A stretch of 63,937 bases of DNA, counting the filler, from Octopus bimaculoides (Eukaryota): assembly GCF_001194135.2 (NCBI RefSeq). It is 4 parts of 4 records of this genome, joined end to end, with 100 filler letters (N's around TTAATTAATTAA, not from the genome) between each part and the next. Parts side by side here need not be neighbours in the genome. Positions count along the whole stretch, not along the records: positions 20,800 to 32,811 come from NC_069004.1; positions 32,912 to 62,812 come from NC_068999.1; 2 more parts are not named here. One strand, written 5' to 3'. This document shows, piece after piece, positions 24,921-35,198 of the stretch (positions within the stretch are counted from its first letter, which is position 1; every line of letters starts with the position of its first letter). The notes beneath the pieces were generated by a model, which saw nothing but the letters and a program-made list of their open reading frames with translations, did no database searches and was not told the origin of the DNA. A program made the translations under genes and the position numbers.

Positions 24921-24961
24921 AAGAAATGTTTTACAGAGGGTTATAACGTTAATATGAAGCA

Positions 24962-25044
24962 ATTCGACGGCCGTTTCTGGAGTCTATTGGTTAGCGGGTA
25001 TGAATCCTTTAGATTCACACTGACATATCCCCTTCATCAAGAAT
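24962..25044 (-). ncRNA. Type I HHR with extended stem II in the PLE 3' region (U3 variant)
   Basis: AUUC-UUGAUGA-A-GGGG...[GUGUGAAUC-UAAAG-GAUUCAUAC]...CUCC-A-GAAAC-GGCC-GUC-GAAU. Confidence 0.7.
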
Positions 25045-25332
25045 AAATAAATTGATAATTAATTAAGTTTGATGACATGTAAGAGAAAGGAAAGAAAAGA
25101 AGGAGATTTTTGGTTACATTACATTAGTCGTCGGTTACTCCATCAGATAGTAAACACTTTTTACGACGATTCACACTTATATACGAAGGAAACCTATAGT
25201 GACGGATGTTGGGAGAATTTAAAAAAGGATAATGGAGGATGATAGGAGAATAAAAAATAAAAGGTTGATTTTCCAATAAATTCCGGGAATAATTAATTAC
25301 TAATAGAGGAAGAAGCAGGGTTGCCAAATATT

Positions 25333-26915
25333 TCATTCCTTATATCTCGTCTTATAGAGTTTCATGAAAGATGAGTGAAATTTATGAGTACATGAATGAA
25401 AGGTATCAGAAAATTTATTTAATGTGCTCGAATTGTATGATTTAAGAATAATGAATGATTCTCTAATGCATAAATTGCATTTGTTACTTATAGCATTATT
25501 GCCAGTATAGACCAGGAAATTTTATAATTAATGTTGTTAATGTATATATGAGGCTAGAGTAGCAGTTATATTTAATATTAATAAATTAATTTAAATGCAT
25601 TCTATATCTTTGTTTGAATTCAATAGTACTACCTATATATGTTCTAGCCTGATACTTATCTGGTACTACTGTATATTTATATACTACATTTTTACGGAGG
25701 CAGAATCCTTCAAGCGGGCATAAATCGATTTTTCTACAGCTACATGTTTTCCCTAATTTATTTTTGCTATTATCTATATTATTCAAGGCTACCGACGACT
25801 TGGAGTTATTTTTATTTGATGTTGAATTATATGAATTAGGTGTTCCGGATATACTTATATTATTTATACTAGGTTTCCTGTCGGTGTTAAAGGTTGTGAG
25901 AGTTTGGTATTTGATTTTGTTCGTATTTATGGATGCTATAATTGATCCTAAATTTAGCATTGTGGAATAAGAAAATTTTATAAAAGATTTATCGTATATT
26001 GGATAGTATTTGTGACGTTTTGGAAAATTATGTTTTAGGATTTTAAAACCTAGTTTAGGTAAATTTTTAACAGTAAGGGAGAATGGAGGGTCAACCAAAT
26101 TACTTCGCGCTTCTTAGATTTATATTGTTTAGATATATCATGTTGTCCTTGAGCAGAGTATTTATTTCTATTGCCGGGGCCTACTTAATTATATTTAATA
26201 TAATTATAATTACCTGAAGGCTTAATTATTCTTGCATTTTTCAGTGACGTATTAGTATTAGTTAAGTTAGAATCAGAGTTACTATTGTCAGATAGTTTTG
26301 TTTTCAGTTTAATATCGGGTATATAGTAAATTTGATTGCTAAAGCCACTTAATTTTAAGGCTTGATTATAAACGGGTGCATGCGCATTAAATATTTCCTC
26401 ACTAGCCGAAATATTGGAGATCCTTATCGATATAGCTGTGACTAAACTGGTAATGGTAGATTTAGAATGATTTGAGGAAATATTAATATATTGTATTACC
26501 TGATTAGGCTTTCTATATGGACAATAAAGTTTAATATTAAGATCTAAAACGACATCTAAGAAATTCATAACTTTGGTGTTCGTATCATATACTATATTAA
26601 GGTTAAAGAATTCTAGGAGGAATCTTTTTAAGGATTTCTTAATCCTCTCTACCCTCGGCTTGGATCAACCGTTTGTAGCAAAGAGCGCGTCATTCCTATA
26701 AAGACCACCCGATAAATTAGGGAAACTATCCTTTATTTGGGACAAGAGATATAAGCCTACTAAATCAGTTATCTGAGCCGAGTCTAATGATCTCATGATT
26801 ATGTCAAAATAATCCATTGAATCAGATCTAATCCAATTATGTTCGTTAAAGTTTATTAAAGTCTGCCTTGCGGCTAATATTATATCTATGTCTGGTCTAG
26901 AAATGTTGACGAAAT
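25333..26915 (-). pseudogene. 5'-truncated Penelope-like element ORF: RT, linker, GIY-YIG endonuclease
   Basis: DIDIILAARQTL, FDIIMRSLDSAQITDLVGLYLL, GLYRND (YRDD), NFLDVVLDL, PYRKPN..YINISSNH, CSCRKIDLCPLEGFC..VVY..YIG...FKQRYRMH, CNLCIRE, LNK..SCTH; several stops and frameshifts. Confidence 0.9.
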
Positions 26916-26985
26916 TACTTTATTTAGGAGGATAGATGAGATGGATGCATATATCAACATTTATTTACATTTTTCATGTATATTT

Positions 26986-27495
26986 TTACCTCATATATCT
27001 CTTATTTCTTTCTAAATAATATATAAATAAATCACCCATCACTAGTATATTTCCGGAGTTGTATTTTTGAAGGAAGGACTTGATTTTATTGAGGCACTCT
27101 TCAAAGCACTTTAGAGGTGCTTGGGGAGGCCTGTAAAGACCAACAATGATTATGCCTTTGGCCTTGTTGAATAGTGATATGGATTCACAATAGCCATTGG
27201 AAAATACGTCCTTGGCATCAACTGAAAAGAAGTCATGGAGAAAGATGGCTGTCCCCGCTTTATTTCGATCTTTACGATCTCCGCGGACGATGGTGAAATC
27301 TTTTATTTTTGCTTCGGCATTCATATGTACGCCGTTTAGATGAGTTTCAGTGAGGATAGAGAAAGGGAAGCAATGTGCAGTTTCGGCAAGCCAACTCTCT
27401 ATATATGGGATCTTCCATTTTTGGGCATTGATTGATGAGTTGATGCCACGTACATTTAACAGGAATGTACGTGGTAGTTTGATGTTTGCATTGTT
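26986..27495 (-). CDS. N-terminal half of an AP-like (APE) endonuclease of a CR1/L2/Jockey-group LINE ORF2, truncated
   Basis: Open frame of about 170 codons with LLNVRGI, ILTETHL, GDRKDR, GLYRPP, ILVMGD; it breaks off right after the GD motif. Confidence 0.85.
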   Translation of the reverse strand, partial: NNANIKLPRTFLLNVRGINSSINAQKWKIPYIESWLAETAHCFPFSILTETHLNGVHMNAEAKIKDFTIVRGDRKDRNKAGTAIFLHDFFSVDAKDVFSNGYCESISLFNKAKGIIIVGLYRPPQAPLKCFEECLNKIKSFLQKYNSGNILVMGDLFIYYLERNKRYMR

Positions 27496-27516
27496 CTAAG
27501 TTATGTTTTATGTTGT

Positions 27517-28375
27517 TCAGAGGTAGCAACGAGGGTAGTTTTTGTATGAAGCTGTGTGCGTATGATTTTCTAGTTGGTGGTGTGTGTGTGTTCCTTGTGT
27601 TTTGCATAAATAGTTGCTGATAGCCCGTTGTATCTCCTGGCTTAGGTCGGTTTTCATATTTTCTAGATAAGTTAGTAAAAAAGAGTTGCCTCTTTGATTT
27701 GCCATTTGGTCAGAGGGTACATAGTTCATGTTTATGTTATTTGATGTTATGGTTTTCCCATAGTTCTGTCTTCGTTGTTTGGTTGTAGGAGGTGAAATGT
27801 GGTTGTTTTTTGTTTTTGTTGTTGTCGTAGGTCTCCTCTATTGCTGTTTATAGTTATTTTTCGACCGTTTTGTGCCCTTCAGATGGTGGTGGTTACATTC
27901 TGGGTTCAAGCACATCCTTAGTGACACAGAAGTTTGGCACAGTTTAGGATGGAAGAAGGTGCATCCATTGCCTTTTGTGCATCCATATTTAGGATCAGGG
28001 CCATGGACTCTGTATTTAGGACAATATTTGGGGTGGAGGTGAGGGCAGTTTTTTCCTGTTATGCCATATGGACAGGTGCCCTTAACAAGTCTACGGCATA
28101 AGGTAGGATGGAAAAAAAGCACAGCGTCCCATGTTGTTGGTGCCGCTGGGACCAGATCTACAGTTACCTTGGGAATGGTAACGACAGGGTTTTTGTCGTG
28201 GGCATATTAGAAGTTTTTCTGTACTGGCAGGCTCGTTGGTCAGTAGTCCTATTGTAGTAGCAGTAGCTGACTGTTGTTGTTGTTGCTGTTGCTGTAGCGG
28301 CAGTGAAATTTGATTTGCAACAGTAGGGCTGGGTGGAATCGGGTCAGATAGTGGTGCCAAACAAGGTGCTTCCAA
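27517..28375 (-). pseudogene. LINE ORF1-like protein with a tandem CCCH zinc-finger array and C-terminal helical segment
   Basis: CRYHSQGNC..C..FH, CRRLVKGTC..C.H.H, CPKY..GC..C.FFH, CQTS..C..C.HHH; one frameshift and one stop; directly upstream of the APE frame. Confidence 0.7.
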
Positions 28376-28464
28376 TGTAGTAGCAGTAGCAAGCTGTTAT
28401 TGTGGTGGTAGTGTGTCCTGGCTTGCCACGGTAGTGTTGGGTGGAATTAGGTCAGAAATCGATA

Positions 28465-28713
28465 TCAATGAGGATGTTTGTTGAGGATGTTTGACCCCTG
28501 ACCTGTTGGAGTTGGGTCAGTGGGTGCACTACATCCCTTGATAAGTGTTGCCATGTGCGTGTGTAAGGTATGAAATGATCTTGTGATTTCTTTTATTTTG
28601 TTTTCGATCTGTTTTACAGATCTGTGAAAGGAATGTGACGCTAATTTTTCAGCGATTTTACTGTAGACATTTGCCTTTACACAATCGTTGGATCTTTGGG
28701 GTTTGACGGACAT
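28465..28713 (-). CDS. Short ORF with a Myb/SANT-like (trihelix) motif
   Basis: VYSKIAEKLASHSFHRSVKQIENKIKEITRSF fits the trihelix pattern WxxIAxxLxxxGxxRSxxQCxxKxxxL. Confidence 0.55.
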   Translation of the reverse strand: MSVKPQRSNDCVKANVYSKIAEKLASHSFHRSVKQIENKIKEITRSFHTLHTHMATLIKGCSAPTDPTPTGQGSNILNKHPH

Positions 28714-29830
28714 TTTTTTTTGTAGTGTTTTTGGTACCGAAACACTTTCAAACTTCGAATATTTGTATATTTTGTGGTATAGAACNNNNNNNNNNNNNNN
28801 NNNNNNNNNNNNNNNNNNNNNNNNNNNNNNNNNNNNNNNNNNNNNNNNNNNNNNNNNNNNNNNNNNNNNNNNNNNNNNNNNNNNNNNNNNNNNNNNNNNN
28901 NNNNNNNNNNNNNNNNNNNNNNNNNNNNNNNNNNNNNNNNNNNNNNNNNNNNNNNNNNNNNNNNNNNNNNNNNNNNNNNNNNNNNNNNNNNNNNNNNNNN
29001 NNNNNNNNNNNNNNNNNNNNNNNNNNNNNNNNNNNNNNNNNNNNNNNNNNNNNNNNNNNNNNNNNNNNNNNNNNNNNNNNNNNNNNNNNNNNNNNNNNNN
29101 NNNNNNNNNNNNNNNNNNNNNNNNNNNNNNNNNNNNNNNNNNNNNNNNNNNNNNNNNNNNNNNNNNNNNNNNNNNNNNNNNNNNNNNNNNNNNNNNNNNN
29201 NNNNNNNNNNNNNNNNNNNNNNNNNNNNNNNNNNNNNNNNNNNNNNNNNNNNNNNNNNNNNNNNNNNNNNNNNNNNNNNNNNNNNNNNNNNNNNNNNNNN
29301 NNNNNNNNNNNNNNNNNNNNNNNNNNNNNNNNNNNNNNNNNNNNNNNNNNNNNNNNNNNNNNNNNNNNNNNNNNNNNNNNNNNNNNNNNNNNNNNNNNNN
29401 NNNNNNNNNNNNNNNNNNNNNNNNNNNNNNNNNNNNNNNNNNNNNNNNNNNNNNNNNNNNNNNNNNNNNNNNNNNNNNNNNNNNNNNNNNNNNNNNNNNN
29501 NNNNNNNNNNNNNNNNNNNNNNNNNNNNNNNNNNNNNNNNNNNNNNNNNNNNNNNNNNNNNNNNNNNNNNNNNNNNNNNNNNNNNNNNNNNNNNNNNNNN
29601 NNNNNNNNNNNNNNNNNNNNNNNNNNNNNNNNNNNNNNNNNNNNNNNNNNNNNNNNNNNNNNNNNNNNNNNNNNNNNNNNNNNNNNNNNNNNNNNNNNNN
29701 NNNNNNNNNNNNNNNNNNNNNNNNNNNNNNNNNNNACTGGTATAAAACATCTTTTTCTCTTAGCCTTGTTAAGAAAAGTTTGTATATTCGAAGTTATTTC
29801 ATGTTAAAAGTAGTCGTATTTCGGTAATTT

Positions 29831-29850
29831 CAACCAATCACTGACGTCTA
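29831..29850 (+). promoter_or_regulatory. CCAAT box plus CRE-like motif, mirrored at 30183-30201
   Basis: CAACCAATCACTGACGTCT in both palindrome arms; function is inferred only. Confidence 0.35.
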
Positions 29851-30011
29851 TTGAGGTGAAAACAATTACTGCCGTTGTTTGTCAACAACACGTTGTGGCG
29901 GTGTAATGGGATCTTTTCCCTTGAATAAAATTACTGCCGTTGTTTTTCAACAACAACTATCGGCGGTACAGTTGTTTATGACATCGTTCGTGCGTTTGTA
30001 CTGGTTTTAGC

Positions 30012-30047
30012 TTTAGGGTTTTAGGGTTCGGGTTGGGGTTAGGGTTA
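30012..30047 (+). repeat. Degenerate telomere-like (TTAGGG)n tract
   Basis: TTTAGGG TTTTAGGG TTCGGG TTGGGG TTAGGG TTA. Confidence 0.8.
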
Positions 30048-31361
30048 TGAGTATTTTTGCCAAATTTGATGAAAATCTGTTCAATACACTGCCACAAATT
30101 TTTCACCAAATTTGGCAAAGATATTCATAACCGCCACAACGTGTTGTTGATAAACCACACCAGTAATTGTTTTCACCTCAATAGACGTCAGTGATTGGTT
30201 GAAATTACCGAAATACGACAACTTTTAACATGAAACAACTTCGAATATAAATTTTTTTCTTTGTTCTATAAGACAAAATATACAAGTATACGAAGTTTTA
30301 AAGTGTTTCGGTAGAAAACACACTAAATAAAAACTAAATAAAAAATGGTGTCCGCCAAATCAGAAAGATCCTTTAGTACAAATCAAAAATCAGAAAGATC
30401 CTTTAGTACAAATCAGAATGAGCGGTGTGTTTAATACAAATCAAGAGAAAGGAATTGTACTCACGGGACTAGTTTTAGAACTAAACTTGGGTTTAGTTTT
30501 GGTTTATATTTGTTTCTCCAGGTTGTATATAAATTTGTGTAAATTTATCGTCCGATGATAGTAAAATAGTAGAATAGTAGAATTCAAGAGTTCTGGAACT
30601 AAAAACAAAGAAAGTTACTGCTGGTTTGAGTTGAAATCTGTTTCTTTGGCTACTGACTGGCCGGAGCTTTGAAAAGTACGTCCGGATATAATATCATATA
30701 CATACATAACAACTATATCAAAATAATGAGGGATTATTAATATACGCGAAATGCTTCATAAGCTGTCTGTATGTATACACCAGGCTTAGAAATATATCCT
30801 GTGATGTGGGAATCTAGGTAATCTGAACTCAACAACCTGCCACAAGTGAAATTTGTAAATACGTGGTATGATTACCAAGTGAAATTGGTATGTTTCTGCA
30901 GAGTGATATTGAAATACACATAAATAATGAATTTTCATAATTTATTTGAGGTTTACATATGTTTCCGATAAATACGAGAGGGATCAAGATCCATTGTTCA
31001 GTCATATTTACCAATTAATCGATCGAAAAATTCAGTCGATCGACCGAAAAAAATGAGAGAAAAATCCTACACCTTTATTCTCTTTAGAGCTACAATAAAC
31101 TAACAACCAAAAGTAAAGAATTTGACCAAAATTGTATTATTCAAAAGCTGGGTCACCTATTTTAAGCAAGTAGCTACTCTGTATTACACAGGTAACAGGG
31201 AAAGAGAACTGTAATAGCGATAAGTATAAAAAGATTGCAAATCTTTCCATGAAAATAACTGAAGTCTGATACCTTCCTATATTGTTCAGACAACAACTCT
31301 GAAGAATAGAGGACGGTATACAAACATGTACGCACAATTTCATGGATACTGGTATTAATTT

Positions 31362-31398
31362 TAGATGAAGATATAAAGAATATTGCGAAACGGCCGTA
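31362..31398 (+). ncRNA. Decayed HHR remnant
   Basis: UAGAUGA-A-GAUAU-AAAGA-AUAUU-GC-GAAAC-GGCC-GUA; shares GAAACGGCCGT with 24962-25044; stem I is lost. Confidence 0.45.
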
Positions 31399-31899
31399 AC
31401 CCTATTGAAGTCGCTTGGTTAAAAAAAAAATTAAAATATACCCCAGATGCATCTCGGAATTCTGGACATAGAACCAACGGCGAACGCACACTATCGTTTA
31501 TGACGCCCGATAGCCATAAGTGGTGAAGGTGTTCCGCAGGCACACTACCTGGGACTTACCCTGAAACAAGGCTTGGATACATACAGATAAATTAAGAAGT
31601 CCAAGCTGATGAGATAACAGTTCACAATAATCCAAAAGGGAAACCCTCAAATGAATCCAATAAATAGAAAGAGTCTTACGGCTGTTTCCGGGAATGTGCG
31701 AAAGAGTGTGTAGGTATATGTATATATACGTTTTTGTAGATTCTATTGGCATAAATATAGATAACAATCTTAATACTCCAAGAGACACTGTTTTAGAAAA
31801 TCTTCAAATAAACAAGGATAATAATAATAGTACCAATGTTAATAATAACAACAAAATAGTAATGTCTGAAGTTAATCCTAATAGAATTAGGTTCCTTAG

Positions 31900-32260
31900 T
31901 GCAAATACAAAAACTAAGAATACTGTATATAGGTGTAATATTTTAACTAAAAAGAGGATTTGGAGTTATATCGGGACATCTTCACTTGAAATCTCGAAAA
32001 TAATTTCCAATCATTACTCGACCTTTAGAGATAGGAATAAACAAAATAGCACGGCGCTTAGTAGTTAAATTTGGCAATTGAAAGACGAGAAAAAAGAGTA
32101 CTCTCTGAAATGGTCAAGTATAGATAAGCCGTTTCCGTACGACAAGGGTAAAGATTACTGTTCATTATGTAACATGAAGTTAGTTTTCATACTTTTTTTT
32201 CCAAGGGTGACCTAATTAATAAAATTACATTTAATGCTTTCAGATGCTTGCATATGAATA
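31900..32260 (+). pseudogene. Second Penelope-like GIY-YIG endonuclease remnant
   Basis: KNTVYRC..WSYIGTS..IISNHYSTF..NSTALSS*IWQLK..LKWS..PY..CSLC. Confidence 0.85.
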
Positions 32261-32773
32261 AACATACATTTTCGTTTTATGAATAAGAATTATTAATATA
32301 TTTTACTTGGGTTAGGAGTACTGCATAGCTTAACTTCACTTTAATTTGATTTTGCCTTAACCAAATACAGCAATATTATACTAAATGCGCTCAGATTTAA
32401 TATGATGTAGTGTTATAATAGTATGAACATTTTGCTCATAGTTCATTGTAGTTTCCCCTTTATAAATGTGTTTTGTGTAGAAATTTTCCTTAATTGCTGG
32501 TTATTTCCATATAATCCATCTAATATGATTTTTTATTAGGTTATGGTAAATCTTGGGTCCAGTTTTTAAAGGGTTTATATCTGAATATAAATCAATTTAA
32601 TTCATTTATCCATTTAATAACTGATATTCTATAATCTTATATTATTTTTGATTGTGTATCCTTTATTGGCTTTTAGTAGATTATAACCTTCATCTTTTAA
32701 TTTTCTATTTTAATTAACATCATATTGCAATATGATCTAATTTTTTCCGAAGAATTTTGTTTCCCTAATAACA

Positions 32774-32811
<38 letters not shown>

Positions 32812-32911
32812 NNNNNNNNNNNNNNNNNNNNNNNNNNNNNNNNNNNNNNNNNNNNTTAATTAATTAANNNNNNNNNNNNNNNNNNNNNNNNNNNNNNNNN
32901 NNNNNNNNNNN
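32812..32911. other. Artificial 100-nt scaffold spacer
   Basis: 44N-TTAATTAATTAA-44N. Confidence 0.95.
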
Positions 32912-34035
32912 ATATATAATTGTAATAATAAAGTCAAACCAAATAGTGATATTTTGAAATCATTTAGTATGTCCATTTCAGATTTTTATGTAATATATAA
33001 TAAGAAACGCATCCATTATGTAAACCCTCCTCCGCGCAAACTTGAAACGTACGAGTTGAATTATTTCAAAATTTCACTATTCGCTTTGATTTTATATTGA
33101 TAAAAAATACGATTCGATACTCCCACAAACTAGTCAGTCTTGACTCTACATATGCAGTGACTCTTGCAAAGATTTGTAGTACTTCATAATATTTGACTCA
33201 AGTTGAAAATTCTGGTACAGCGTACCACTTTTTAGTGTGACACAATATATATTTCTGTGTGTCTGTGAATAGTTTCACTTTTAACAATTACTGACACTGC
33301 AAAATTGAGGTAAAGCGTAGCTTGTTGTGCTGACCACACAATTGCTTCAGTGCTGCTGTTATCTCGCAACGCAGACTGTGCTTTTACCAGATAAGCCCAC
33401 CTGGCTGATTGGCCTCAAGTTACTCACTAACAGACTCCACCTGGGGACCCACTGATACATTCTCTTCCCTCTGCCTTTTCTACTGGTACCATCATCGTCT
33501 CTACTTTCTTGGAGCTAAGTGGGGCTCCTGCCACTTCGATCCTGGCATTCCCAAGCCATTTGTGATTTCTGTCATCCCTTTTTGTCCACAACCACCCACC
33601 CCCTCTCTTTGCCTCATTACTACTCCTTTGGTCCTTCCTTCAGAAAACGTTGGGTTTTGGTGGAGGATTCCGATCTCCAACAGACGCTGAAGAGGAACAA
33701 AAACGGCACGAATCTCTGTGGGTACAGAGAAGCTGCAAAATTTCTGCATATTGCTTCTTCCTCCAGACACAGAAAACAGCGTAGTCACACACACACACAC
33801 ACATATTTTCTCGTAATTTCTCTTGTACCAGCTTCCTGATTTGCAAAAAAGACTAGATCATCAGAATCTGAAGTTTACTTCGAGACGCAAGGCGTGTTAT
33901 AAAAACCTGCCTAGACACATGTTGCCAAAAGCAAGAAACTATTAATAGCCCGTAACTTTATTCTCTGTACATTAAATGATATTTACCTATCATGGGAGGG
34001 AGCACATTGTTATTTTTCTTACCTCAACCGAACAG

Positions 34036-34083
<48 letters not shown>

Positions 34084-35142
34084 AAAGACATTCTTTAAAA
34101 CATGCGGGACAAACCCTGAAAACAATCGAATTGGAGATACTGAACAGAGCTCAGTGTAGAGGCTCTTGCTTCCAACCCATCTCTGACATCCAGAAGGAGG
34201 AAAGAGTCCAGTGTAGAGCCGGGTCCAACCTACCTCCAACGGGATCTGCAAATCCCGGAAGGCCTCATATATATATATATATATATATATATAAGTATTT
34301 TTATACATACAGTCAAATATATATGTGTATCTATATGTATGTGTGTATGTTTGATAGTACACTTAGGATAGAACTCAGAAGACGAGGGTAAATGGAGGTA
34401 TACGTAATATTTGCAGCAAAATTAACAAGTACCACCTAAAACGGTAACAATTACAATGACTGGAGATCGGGTGATGAATTCCATGTGTTGTAGAGGTGAT
34501 GTATAGAGATTTATAAACATATCAGAAGAATAATACGAATCCAAAAGGGTAGAAGATAGGGAATTAGTCAACAATGGCCGATTTGAATGAGATTAGTATA
34601 TTTCCAGCTAAAAACACTCACATAGACACACACACACACACACGTATGTATGTATTTGACAATGTCTGATGTGTTGGTAAATACAAATGCATTGCTATAT
34701 ATGATGGGAAGNNNNNNNNNNNNNNNNNNNNNNNNNNNNNNNNNNNNNNNNNNNNNNNNNNNNNNNNNNNNNNNNNNNNNNNNNNNNNNNNNNNNNNNNN
34801 NNNNNNNNNNNNNNNNNNNNNNNNNNNNNNNNNNNNNNNNNNNNNNNNNNNNNNNNNNNNNNNNNNNNNNNNNNNNNNNNNNNNNNNNNNNNNNNNNNNN
34901 NNNNNNNNNNNNNNNNNNNNNNNNNNNNNNNNNNNNNNNNNNNNNNNNNNNNNNNNNNNNNNNNNNNNNNNNNNNNNNNNNNNNNNNNNNNNNNNNNNNN
35001 NNNNNNNNNNNNNNNNNNNNNNNNNNNNNNNNNNNNNNNNNNNNNNNNNNNNNNNNNNNNNNNNNNNNNNNNNNNNNNNNNNNNNNNNNNNNNNNNNNNN
35101 NNNNNNNNNNNNNNNNNNNNNNNNNNNNNNNNNNNNNNNNNN

Positions 35143-35198
<56 letters not shown>

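Larger units (their letters stand above)
28690..30370. repeat. Large imperfect palindrome (fold-back) centred near 30087, left arm interrupted by a gap
   Basis: 29783-29902 versus 30130-30249 (114/120); 30043-30075 versus 30100-30132 (30/33); about 28690-28785 versus about 30262-30370 (more diverged). Confidence 0.9.

Noticed and set aside
31600-31650. CTGATGAG...GGAAAC as an HHR
   Set aside because: No stem II or stem I pairing.
32290-32760. Minus-strand LLKANKG as the PLE RT KADKG motif
   Set aside because: AT-rich, many stops, and downstream motifs were not recovered.
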